Assembly (NCBI GenBank): GCA_963824495.1
Contig: CAWGPQ010000005.1
Coordinates: 1 to 64,000, forward strand
Origin: an uncultured bacterium
Lineage (GTDB): Bacteria > Babelota > Babeliae > Babelales > Babelaceae
Direction of reading: 5' to 3'
DNA length: 64,000 nucleotides
Positions within the stretch are counted from its first letter, which is position 1; each line of letters opens with the position of its first letter. Below the pieces are notes generated by a model. That model saw nothing but the letters and a program-made list of their open reading frames with translations. It was not told the origin of the DNA and did no database searches. Below, piece by piece: positions 41,569 through 51,060 of the stretch. A program made the translations under genes and the position numbers.

Positions 41569-43290
41569 ATGCATATTTTATTAAAGATGATTAGTGTACT
41601 TCTGTTTTCATGCAAACTTTTTTCGATGGATAAGGCGAATCTTGATGACCCACAGGTACTGCTTTCAAAGTTATCGCTACGTCAAAAAATTGCACAGCTT
41701 TGTGTGGTAGCAGCAGTATCAAACGAAGAGAAACATGAAGATCTTTTAAAGCGATGGCAGGAATGGCAACACTTTATTGCTTAAAGACAAGCTATGTGAA
41801 AAAGCTCATAGAAGAGCATAATGTAGGTGGAGTTATTTTTTATGGTAGAAATACCTTGCCGGATGAGCAACAATCACTTACTAAAGAGTTTCAAACAGCA
41901 AGTCCTATTCCACTTATCATTGCTATGGATGCTGAAAGTAGTCTTGATGGTTGGCTTAAAGATGGTACGGTAATACAATATCCTCGTAGCGTGACCATTG
42001 GGGCTGCTGCCGATCCTCAGCTTGCTTATGCCATAGCTCATGAAATTGGTACCCAGCTTATATCTCTGGGCGTGAACATGAATTTTGCACCAGTGGTTGA
42101 TGTTAATTGCAATGATGATAATCCTGTTATCGGTTGTCGGTCATTTGGTTCAGATCCAGGTTTGGTTAGTAGTATGAGTATAGCAGTTGCACAGGGTTTG
42201 CAGGATGCCGGAGTAATCGCCTGCGCAAAGCACTTTCCCGGTCACGGTGACACTAATCTTGATTCACATGTTAGAACTTCCGCTTATCTCTCATAATCGT
42301 GAGCGCCTTAATAACGTTGAACTTTTGCCTTTTTGTGCATTAATTAAGGCTGGTGTTAAGTCGATAATGATAGCACATCTAGAGGTTCCTTCGCTTGAAG
42401 CCAAAAAGGGGTTACCATCATCTCTTTCGCACGGTATTATTACTAAGTTATTACGAGAGAAAATGCAGTTCGATGGATTAATAATTACCGATGCACTAGG
42501 TATGAAAGCTACTGCTGATTATGCTCCACCTGGTGAACTTGAAGTTCAAGCACCGGAAGCTGGCGTTGATATTTTGCTATGCCCCGTTGATCCTGTAAAA
42601 GCGATAGAGTCTGTCGAGAATGCAGTCAAGCAAGGGCGTCTGCAGGAAGAAGAGATTGATAAAAAAGTTCTCAAAGTACTGTTGGCCAAACAATGAATCT
42701 CTTGGAATGCAAAAATAAGCAAAGAGGAGCTCAGTCAAATACTATTGTCTGATAAAGCCAAAGAGCTTAAAAAAAGAGTATATGAAAGAGCCGTAACTCT
42801 TGTAGCAATGTCAGATGATTGTTTTACAACAAGTATATCTAAAAAAACATGCATTATAGCTCTATCTAATTATCCAACGCAAATGGCTAGACGTGAATTA
42901 TTTATTCCATATATTCGCTTACCGTATAATATTGGGCAAGATGAAATAGCAACTATAGCAGAATGCCTTGATGCCGATCATGTGGTTATAGGCATCCATA
43001 ATCCCCACTGGTGGAAGTATGCCGATCACGAAGTTCCAGCTGGCTCGATATCTTTAGTAACTCGATTGAAAGAATTAAAGAAAAAAGTTACCATAGTGCT
43101 TTTCGGTTCTCCCTATAGCATAAAGCACTTCAAGAATGCTAATGCAATTATTTTAGGATACGAAGACAATAATGATGTTCAGCAGGTGGTGTTAGATATT
43201 ATTACTGGCATGCAAAAAGCCCAAGGTGCTATACCGGTAAAGATTGCGTTGTCCCAAAGCTACTTTCTAATTTTATGGGCTTGTATTTAA
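41569..43290 (+). CDS. GH3 beta-N-acetylhexosaminidase-like protein (3 frameshifts; pseudogene or sequence errors)
   Basis: NFAPVVDVN..NPVIG.RSFG; AKHFPGHGDTNLDSH; ITDALGM; C-terminal FGSPY domain. Confidence 0.85.
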
Positions 43291-43320
43291 TATGTATACG
43301 TACTATACTTATACATATTA
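43281..43320 (+). promoter_or_regulatory. Promoter with 11-bp inverted-repeat operator (probably MarR)
   Basis: TTGTAT-17nt-TATACT. TAATATGTATA (43288-98) and TATACATATTA (43310-20) flank the -10 box. Confidence 0.65.
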
Positions 43321-43340
43321 ATTTTTTAACCGGAGGCCCT

Positions 43341-43712
43341 ATGTTTGAACCAAAATTAGGTTTTGTTCTTTTGTTTGTTAAAAACCCTGTAGAAAGTACT
43401 GCTTTCTATAATCGTATTTTTAATATTAAACCACTAGAACAATCAGCTACCTTTGCTTTGTTTGCGCTCTCAAATCATGTAATGCTAGGTTTTTGGTCAC
43501 GCAAAACTGCTGAACCACGTGTTAGCGCAGAGGCCGGTGGATGCGAAATTGCTTTTAGTGAAGATAACGTTGATGCGTTATATGACCAGTGGCTGAGGCT
43601 TGGTGTACCCATGGCTCAGGTGCCTACGCATATGAGTTTTGGACGCACTTTTGTTGCTTTAGATCCTGATGGACACAGGATAAGAATCTACGAAACTCGA
43701 GAAGAGACCTAA
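43341..43712 (+). CDS. VOC/glyoxalase family protein
   Basis: STAFY...FGRTFVALDPDGHRIR. GGAGG ribosome-binding site. Confidence 0.88.
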   Translation: MFEPKLGFVLLFVKNPVESTAFYNRIFNIKPLEQSATFALFALSNHVMLGFWSRKTAEPRVSAEAGGCEIAFSEDNVDALYDQWLRLGVPMAQVPTHMSFGRTFVALDPDGHRIRIYETREET

Positions 43713-43887
43713 GATTTATCTAAATCTGTCTCGGTCTTATAGTGCGTATTGTTGCAATGGGAGGCCAATATTGCTATTGGCCCATTACCAGATACACTAT
43801 TCATGTATGGCTAACCTGCATTGCTGGTTGCGCACAATTTTAGCATAACGCCTATAGCATTGCATCAAGTAATTGGGGATATTGCAC

Positions 43888-44373
43888 ATGAATACTATCG
43901 ATTTTGACAAACTAAGCTCTTATCCAACCCCGGAGGAGAGCCCCGGTTTTTTGTTATGGTGCGTTAGTACACGATGGCGGAGCGCAATTGAAGATGTTTT
44001 AAAGCCATTAGATCTTACCCATCCTCAATTTGTTATTCTTGCAACCACCGCTTGGTTGATTCGAGAAAAAGGACAGATGAGTCAAGTAGAAATTGGTCGA
44101 CATGCAGGCTTAGATCCCAATACTACATCGCAAATATTACGTGGGCTTGAAGCAAAAAATCTTATTGAGCGAAGACGATCGCTCGATGAAAGAAGTAAAA
44201 ATCCAATACTCACTATTGAGGGAGCTCAAAGTTTAGCTCAAGCATTGCCTGCTGTAGAGCGTGCAGATGCACAATTTTTTGCATCGCTTACTCGTGAAGA
44301 ATCTTACGCTTTGGTAAATGTTTTTCAAAAATTGGTATTTAAAAAATGCGAATCCACTATAAAGCCCCTTTAA
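43888..44373 (+). CDS. MarR family regulator
   Basis: SPGFLLW; LDLTHPQFVIL; SQILRGLE..LIER...DERSK...LT.EG. Confidence 0.92.
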   Translation: MNTIDFDKLSSYPTPEESPGFLLWCVSTRWRSAIEDVLKPLDLTHPQFVILATTAWLIREKGQMSQVEIGRHAGLDPNTTSQILRGLEAKNLIERRRSLDERSKNPILTIEGAQSLAQALPAVERADAQFFASLTREESYALVNVFQKLVFKKCESTIKPL

Positions 44374-44452
44374 GCAGTAACATTCAGGAAGCATATAATG
44401 CATTGGCACGTATAAAGAAGGCTTCCTGTTTTATACTATGTATAACGAAGCT

Positions 44453-44944
44453 CTACTCACGACGATATTCCTGTATAATATGCACAAATCTTCCTGCGGA
44501 AATGCCGGAAATGAGTCCTGAAGCAATCACATCGGTCATCAGCAAAAATGCGTTTGCTTGCATTTCAGGTGCTATAGCATAAGTAACATTAAGGCAGTAC
44601 TTAAGTATAAAAAATGACATAGACAACAAAAGTGGATACCAGCTTCCTGGAAGATAGACATGCATAGTACTTTTGTTGATTTTAATACCATGACGAAGTA
44701 CTGACCATCCAATCAAAATACCGACTGCCAGCGATAATAACCAGAGTCCGAGTATATAGGGAGAAAGGCTATACTTGCTATTGAGTGAGTAGAGTGACCA
44801 CGTGATAAAAATAATGGGCGTAATCATCAACCTCGATAGCGATACATCAGCTGGCTGTAATGACTTTATCCCTCGAACAATAAAGTAGGCAAGAAGTACA
44901 TATACCCACCATGGAGTATTAACTAAGATGTCTAAAAAGTTCAC
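44453..44944 (-). CDS. Membrane protein (DUF1453/DUF6622-like)
   Basis: TPWWVY...PGSW.PL...GR pattern, about 5 TM segments. Confidence 0.7.
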   Translation of the reverse strand: MNFLDILVNTPWWVYVLLAYFIVRGIKSLQPADVSLSRLMITPIIFITWSLYSLNSKYSLSPYILGLWLLSLAVGILIGWSVLRHGIKINKSTMHVYLPGSWYPLLLSMSFFILKYCLNVTYAIAPEMQANAFLLMTDVIASGLISGISAGRFVHIIQEYRRE

Positions 44945-45015
44945 AATAGCCTCTGGATAAGAGATAGGTATGTAGTTATCATGATGAGTATACGCTAAAA
45001 TGCGGTATTCAGCAA

Positions 45016-45642
45016 TTATCGCCTATCTTCTATGAAAAAATAGTTAAAGGCATAAGCAGCTAAAAAACCACCTAAGAATGCGCCACCTACATACATCGCT
45101 ACGTGTACATAATCAATATGCATTCTTTTAAGGATGCCAAATAATGTTGCACCAAGCGCTATGGCTGGATTAAATAGCCCGCCAGAAATAGGTCCTCCTA
45201 GTGCAGAAAGTGCCGGGATAGTAAAACCTATAGCAAGTCCAAATATAGTGCTCTCTTTAAATTTTTCTGCTGTTGCTGTCACCAAAACAACTAATGCCAG
45301 CACGAAAGCGAGAAGCACTTCAACAAAAAATGCCTGAAATAGCGTGACACCTGGACCGGGCGCTGGCATAGTTACATGACCATGAAGAAACGAGGTTATG
45401 ACAAAGGCAGCAAATCCCCCAAGAATTTGTGCAATCATGTAGCTTGGAAGCTCTTGCCAGTTTAATCGCCCACGTAACGCGGTGGCCAATGAAACCATAG
45501 GGTTATAATGACCGCCTGAAACATAGCCTCCTATATAAACCCACGCCATAAGCATAGCTGCTATTGCAAACGGATTGGCCGTCATTTCAATGGTAAGCAC
45601 AAAAAATAATGTGCCTATAAATTCCATTATTTGCTTTTTCAT
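45016..45642 (-). CDS. Aquaporin/MIP channel
   Basis: EFIGT; SGGHYNPMVS; SGGLFNPA. Confidence 0.92.
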   Translation of the reverse strand: MKKQIMEFIGTLFFVLTIEMTANPFAIAAMLMAWVYIGGYVSGGHYNPMVSLATALRGRLNWQELPSYMIAQILGGFAAFVITSFLHGHVTMPAPGPGVTLFQAFFVEVLLAFVLALVVLVTATAEKFKESTIFGLAIGFTIPALSALGGPISGGLFNPAIALGATLFGILKRMHIDYVHVAMYVGGAFLGGFLAAYAFNYFFIEDRR

Positions 45643-45778
45643 ATAAGCCTCTTAAATTTTTGTCACAAGAACGTACGTTGACGATATAGGGTGCATCAAA
45701 CATGTTACGTGAGCAGGTATACGAGAGAGCCTCCTGAACTAGGTCTGGGTCTCAATTCTGAAAAAAGAGTCTATATAC

Positions 45779-45985
45779 TTATTTCTTTTTTTTCCTGAGC
45801 AAAGGCAAACCTGTTAATTGACTTTCGATGACCTCATAACCAGCTGGTAATGCATTAATTGCGTTTTCGCCAATACGGCCTGCAAAATAATAAATTCTTT
45901 GCTTGCGGCCGCTGGCAAGTTGTACTTCTTTTGAGTGCAGATAATATGTTTTTCCACTTTTTTTCGATATAACAGTATAGGCCAT
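45779..45985 (-). CDS. Small basic conserved hypothetical protein
   Basis: GGAG ribosome-binding site; TYYLH...IYYF...LPAGYEV.E...GLPLLRKK. Confidence 0.75.
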   Translation of the reverse strand: MAYTVISKKSGKTYYLHSKEVQLASGRKQRIYYFAGRIGENAINALPAGYEVIESQLTGLPLLRKKKK

Positions 45986-46306
45986 GGTTATTAAACTCCT
46001 CTTGTAACATGGGATTCCTATTTAAAGCAAGAATACTGGGTTTTATGGTGAAAAATCTAGAGATTAGGCAAAAAACCTGCAAAACTTATGCATTTAGGCA
46101 TAAAAGTGATATATGCGCTACAGATTCTGGCAGTGGCAAAACTCTAAAGGGTAGGCACGTGACAAAATAGCACCACTAGAATAAGAAAATGTTCATATGG
46201 GCTCGTGGTAAAAACATGCTTCCTCTAGTACTATCAGTTTATTACTAAAAAGAAGCTTGATATTCAAGAGTCCTCAGCTTAAGGATTTAACCAGAGAGTG
46301 TGCTTA

Positions 46307-46509
46307 TGGTAAATGACCGTTATGATAAGGCAGGTAACGTTTATATTCTTGTTGGGATAGCCCTGCTCGGTGCTACAGTTTTGTATTATTTCCCAGCCCT
46401 AGCTATGGGTACCTTGGGTTGGATACTCGTTAATATTGGCCTACGACGACAGGGCAAGCCTTCACTTGCGTATTACGTTAAAACCATCTTAAGGAATTTT
46501 ATGAGATAA
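46307..46509 (+). CDS. Small membrane protein, paralogue A
   Basis: Two hydrophobic segments then GLRRQGKPSL..YV. Start codon uncertain (46300-46306). Confidence 0.6.
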
Positions 46510-46616
46510 TCTTGATCAAGAAATATGTTTGAAAAAATGAAAATATATTATAATATTATTAGAAATCATATTTAGCTACTTTAGCAGAACCTATAGTATA
46601 AAAAAGGGGAATTGAG

Positions 46617-46819
46617 ATGAATATTAAATTTATTTTTTGATGTTGATCACTTATACTCTTATTGGATATATCTTGAGTGGTGCTGGAGTTCTGTATTCTC
46701 TACCCGCGTTTGTATTGGGAATCTTGGCTGTGGTGGTGCTTGATGCAGGGCTACATAGAAAAGGTAAGCCGTCGCTTGAACAATATGTGAGAAGCTTTTT
46801 TAAGAAATTTACGAGATAA
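46617..46819 (+). CDS. Small membrane protein, paralogue B (possible 5' frameshift)
   Basis: GLHRKGKPSL..YV...FTR matches the preceding gene. Confidence 0.6.
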
Positions 46820-46861
46820 TTTAAAGAGCTCTACCTAAAAATACAGTAGAGACTATCGCAA

Positions 46862-47010
46862 AGGGGGCCAGAGCAAGAGTCCAAAGCTTGTTATAAAAAA
46901 TTCCCGGTGTACGACGTTACAATCGGTAAACACGTTGCAAAGTCTCAGTAGAGCGCGATTTTTAGGACCATGCTCAGTTGGCGATTTGCCACGTATGCTC
47001 CCCCTGAATT
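46862..47010 (-). ncRNA. Candidate structured RNA (unclassified)
   Basis: GC-richer intergenic island with long-range complementarity; see findings. Strand inferred from G-U pairs only. Confidence 0.35.
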
Positions 47011-47022
47011 GAATGCTTAAAC

Positions 47023-47463
47023 TTAAGATATTGTTGCTGCAAGTGAAGGAGTACCTACTGGGTCATACGACGTAGCAATCTCAATACTTCGGTCATGGCA
47101 AAATATAACGCCTTCAACAATTGGGGCTACAGCGCTCCCCAAGCCCGCAGTCAATACTATAGTAGCCACTTCAGCTGTATAGGCCCTTTGTACTTCTCCT
47201 CCGGCAAGTAGATGTACCACCTGACCATTAACCTCCACATCCGACAAGCAACATGCTCTTGGTCCAGTAAGTTTCTTTGTATCGCCGGGGGCAAGTTGTT
47301 GTACTGATGGCCAATGTTTGCTTGGACAAAGGGCCGAAGCAAGTTTAAGCCTAACATCTATAGGACTACTAGTATGGTTTGATACGCTCCAAGTGTAGCC
47401 CTTGCAATAAGAACCAAATCCTAAAAATATTACTACAAGTGACGTCAATATGCTTGTTTTCAT
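47023..47463 (-). CDS. Exported Cys-containing hypothetical protein
   Basis: Signal peptide, then YTWSVSNHT...ACCLSDVEVNG...FCHD. Confidence 0.7.
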   Translation of the reverse strand: MKTSILTSLVVIFLGFGSYCKGYTWSVSNHTSSPIDVRLKLASALCPSKHWPSVQQLAPGDTKKLTGPRACCLSDVEVNGQVVHLLAGGEVQRAYTAEVATIVLTAGLGSAVAPIVEGVIFCHDRSIEIATSYDPVGTPSLAATIS

Positions 47464-47545
47464 ATAAGTTCTCCCTCTTAATAACTATAGTAATAGCTCC
47501 TTACGATCATCATTACATTTAAATTATAATATAATTATAATGAAA

Positions 47546-49135
47546 TTAGAGAGCTTTATCGAGGAAATAGAGCTTAACGCCAAACCAATGGCGTGAGGCA
47601 TAGACCGTTAAAGCAAAGATACCAGATAGGGGGCCCGCCCATAACCAGAACCCAAAACTTGCCATAAAAAATTCTTGGTGTCGGAGTGGTAGATACCTGC
47701 AAAGAGTGAATAGTATACGATAGATACCGTAAAATATTGTTCCAAGACTAAGAAGCTGTATGCTGTAACGGTAGATAAATTGGCCAAAAGCATGTATATA
47801 CATCTTAAAGTTAAACTTTTGGCGTAAAATACCGATAAATATAAACGCCTGTAACGCGCTGGCTAAGGCTGTTGCCATAACGAGACCGAGTGCTTTAAAA
47901 TGGCCTATGAGGAGAAAATTGAGTGCGATATTGCATGCTGTTGCAATAATAGAGACAAGCGTGGGAGTAAACGCATCATGAAGTGCATAGTACATGGTTA
48001 GTACTATTTTATTGAAAGAGAAGAAAAAAAGCCCCAGCAAAAAGGCAATTAAGAGGTGCTGTATCTCGTATGTTTGATCGATTGTGAGACTATGTGATGA
48101 ATAAAGTGTCGACAAAATTTGCGGCGAAAAGAAGCTTAAGATACTAGAAGCAGGCAACGTTGCCCATAAGATCATTTTGGTTGCTTCCAATAAATAATAG
48201 CTTAGGCGCTGTGGAGCATACGAGCTAGTGCGTGATATATGAGGTAAAAGTATCGTCGAAAACGCTGTGACAAAGATACCTAAGGGTATGCGCATAATAT
48301 TGGCAGCATAGGTCATTAGTGAGAGTGAACCTTCAGGCAAAAATGAGGCAAATTGTGCATCAATAAAAAGATTAATTTCGACAATCCCCATACTCAGAAT
48401 ACAGGGAATAAAACGTATAAGGAGATTTTTGGCATGGTGCCATGTTTCAGTATCAGGCCATAAAAATTTAAAATTGTAATACAGGTATGCTGCTATATGG
48501 GCTATTAACTGTAGTAAGCTACCCAGAACTATAAACAATGCTAAATATTCTACCGATAAATGATACTGCATGCAGATAATGAGTCCTGCGATAGTAGTAA
48601 TATTAATAAGAACTTGACCAAGAGCCGGTATAGAGAAGTGATTGAGTGCTTGCAAGGCTCCAGCAAATAAGGCACTGCTTGAGATAAAAAAAATAAAAAA
48701 GATTACTATGCGAAGCAAGCTGCTTGCCTGAGCAGTCTGCGCTAATGCATCCTGAAGGTGTGACCAGCCAGGAGCTATGCTGTGAATAACAAGTTCTGAT
48801 TTCCACCAGATGCAACAACATATCAACAATACGATGCTTTGCGTAAGCACGAGCATGAGACTGAGCAATTTACTGGCGGCATCGTTCCCTCCTTTGCGTA
48901 CGAGTGAAACGATTGACGGAACAAAAACAGCACTTAGTGCTCCTTCAGCAAAGATTTTACGCAATGAGTTAGGTATGCGGAAGGCTACAAAAAAAGCATC
49001 AGATAGAGCGCTTGCTCCAAAGTACCTAACCATTAACATATCACGAATAAGCCCGCTGCATTTGCTTACGAGTGTATAAGCCCCAAGCAGGAGTGTTTTC
49101 TTTAAAAAGCTACGGCTGGTTGATTTAATTGGCAT
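47546..49135 (-). CDS. murJ: Lipid II flippase MurJ
   Basis: GLIRD...FGA...DAFFVAFRIPNSLRKIFAEGALS; A.FLPEG; multi-TM. Confidence 0.93.
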   Translation of the reverse strand: MPIKSTSRSFLKKTLLLGAYTLVSKCSGLIRDMLMVRYFGASALSDAFFVAFRIPNSLRKIFAEGALSAVFVPSIVSLVRKGGNDAASKLLSLMLVLTQSIVLLICCCIWWKSELVIHSIAPGWSHLQDALAQTAQASSLLRIVIFFIFFISSSALFAGALQALNHFSIPALGQVLINITTIAGLIICMQYHLSVEYLALFIVLGSLLQLIAHIAAYLYYNFKFLWPDTETWHHAKNLLIRFIPCILSMGIVEINLFIDAQFASFLPEGSLSLMTYAANIMRIPLGIFVTAFSTILLPHISRTSSYAPQRLSYYLLEATKMILWATLPASSILSFFSPQILSTLYSSHSLTIDQTYEIQHLLIAFLLGLFFFSFNKIVLTMYYALHDAFTPTLVSIIATACNIALNFLLIGHFKALGLVMATALASALQAFIFIGILRQKFNFKMYIHAFGQFIYRYSIQLLSLGTIFYGIYRILFTLCRYLPLRHQEFFMASFGFWLWAGPLSGIFALTVYASRHWFGVKLYFLDKAL

Positions 49136-49830
49136 GGGTAGGCCGAACGTGGTAGTTCATGAAGTATCCCGTCACGTAGCTCAAAAACAGTATGCATGAG
49201 TGACGCAAGGCTCATATCATGTGAACTAATAATAAGCCCTGTGTTATACTGTTCCTGGAATCTACAGAGCAGCTTGATGATATCTGCTTTATGTGCTTCG
49301 TCTAAATGTGCCGTAGGTTCATCTGCTAATAAAAATAGCGGTGGTATAAAAAGAGCACGAGCAAGCGCAACTCGCTGTTGCTCACCACCAGATAATGTTG
49401 AAGGTTTGTTCAATGCTTTATCTGTTAGGCTAACTGCTTCTAGAAGCTCGCGAGCTTTTTTATTACAATCCGCCCGCGGCATGCCGGCGATAAGTCCTTT
49501 GATCATCACATTTTCTTCTACCGATAATTCAGGTAATAGATGGGGCGTTTGAAAAACAAGCCCAAGAGATGTATGTAAAAAATTACGATGTTGTTCACGA
49601 GAATTATGGGCTAATGTACGCCCGTTACATACCACACTTCCTGTTGTTGGTTGCTCAAGCCCCGCAAGAATGGTAAGCAAGGTAGATTTGCCAGTACCTG
49701 ATGCGCCAACTAATGCATAGGTTAAGCCTTGAGTAAATTCAACAGTGATACCAGCTAGCACGGTAAGTGTGCTTGATCCCTGAGTAAACTCTTTGCTGAC
49801 GTTATGGAGACTAAGGGTGGCGATGCTCAT
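49102..49830 (-). CDS. ABC ATP-binding protein, LolD-like
   Basis: GASGTGKS; LSGGEQQRVALARA; LADEPT. Confidence 0.88.
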   Translation of the reverse strand: MSIATLSLHNVSKEFTQGSSTLTVLAGITVEFTQGLTYALVGASGTGKSTLLTILAGLEQPTTGSVVCNGRTLAHNSREQHRNFLHTSLGLVFQTPHLLPELSVEENVMIKGLIAGMPRADCNKKARELLEAVSLTDKALNKPSTLSGGEQQRVALARALFIPPLFLLADEPTAHLDEAHKADIIKLLCRFQEQYNTGLIISSHDMSLASLMHTVFELRDGILHELPRSAYPCQLNQPAVAF

Positions 49831-50543
49831 AGGGATTCCTGAATTACTGGATGGGCACGTGCTATCTGGGGAGAAAGCCTGATAAACTCTCGTACTTGAG
49901 TAAGTAACTGCTCTTGGAGCTCTTTATCGTGCTCGAATTCATAATTGACATCAAGTACAAGAACAGGTACGTGTTGAAGCTCTGGCATACTATCTCGCGT
50001 ATGTACGAGAAACTCTTCGTGACGCTCATGAATTTGTCGCAGATAATCAAGCGTTAGGGTGCTTTCAGCAGATCGGTTTCTTTTTTTAGTACGTTCAAGA
50101 GCTTGTTCTGGGTCGATTTTAAGGTAGATAAAACCTTGTGGAAGGGAAAGCTCACCCGAGACCAGCATGGTAAATATCGTCGTATAAAGCTCCCATTCTA
50201 AATCGGTCATATATCCGTTTATATAGCTGTTACGAGCAAAGCAATAATAACCAGAATATACCGAACGCTCAATAATGGTTGTTCGTTGGTGTATATAGTG
50301 CTTGTTGTTCTTGTGCTCATGAACGCGGGCTATAAGGGCAAACGTTTCCATCGAATAGGCCCATCGATTGGGGTCACGATAGAAGTTAGCCAAAAGCGAT
50401 TGGCCCTGCTGGTTTGATTGCCAGGTATGCACAGGTTCGGGTATACTGATAATTTCAGGAATAGACTGGCTTATAAGATTAAGAAAGGTCGATTTTCCTG
50501 CACCAATATTTCCTTCGATAATATACATAGCTTTTGTATACAT
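49827..50543 (-). CDS. Deoxynucleoside kinase
   Basis: IIEGNIGAGKST; PEPV..W; ERSVYS; R.KKRNR..E. Confidence 0.9.
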   Translation of the reverse strand: MYTKAMYIIEGNIGAGKSTFLNLISQSIPEIISIPEPVHTWQSNQQGQSLLANFYRDPNRWAYSMETFALIARVHEHKNNKHYIHQRTTIIERSVYSGYYCFARNSYINGYMTDLEWELYTTIFTMLVSGELSLPQGFIYLKIDPEQALERTKKRNRSAESTLTLDYLRQIHERHEEFLVHTRDSMPELQHVPVLVLDVNYEFEHDKELQEQLLTQVREFIRLSPQIARAHPVIQESL

Positions 50544-50648
50544 TCCTAATAATAAGCATTGTCTTGAAGCACATACCATACTATACTCTGAGTATACACT
50601 AATTCTTATCCTCTGCCCATAAACCAAGCATTCAGGATGTTATTTGCT

Positions 50649-51017
50649 ATGGAAATAAAAAAAATTGGTATATCATGGCTAAGTGCTTCAGATTTTGAGC
50701 ATTCAAAGAATTTCTTTACCCAGACGCTTGGCCTTGAAATAAGCTTGCTTGATCAAAAAAATGGCTGGCTTGAGTTACGGGGAAAAGAGGGTGGAAGCCC
50801 ACTGGGTATAGCTCAAGCTCAAAGTGATGACTCTAGAACCCAACCGGGTAAAAATGCCATCGTTACGTTACTTGTTGATGATATAGCTCAGGCGAAAAAT
50901 GGGCTAGAGTTGCGTGGTGTAAAATTTATAGGCGATATTCTCGAATTTGATTACGTAAAACTAGCATTCTTTACCGACCCCGATGGCAACTATCTACAAC
51001 TTATGCAGGAGCTATAA
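50649..51017 (+). CDS. VOC/glyoxalase family protein
   Basis: FFTQTLGL; FTDPDGNYLQL. Confidence 0.85.
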   Translation: MEIKKIGISWLSASDFEHSKNFFTQTLGLEISLLDQKNGWLELRGKEGGSPLGIAQAQSDDSRTQPGKNAIVTLLVDDIAQAKNGLELRGVKFIGDILEFDYVKLAFFTDPDGNYLQLMQEL

Positions 51018-51060
51018 GCTTTATACTGCTTGCCAAGAGCATAATGGCTTGTGGGTGCTG

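Noticed and set aside
28181..46000. Integrative element or prophage at tRNA-Glu
   Set aside because: No integrase, no phage genes, and I found no duplicated tRNA 3' end.
46125..46180. c-di-GMP-I-like riboswitch (GGCAAA...)
   Set aside because: Lacks the GAAA tetraloop and the GCAAA/second-stem consensus.
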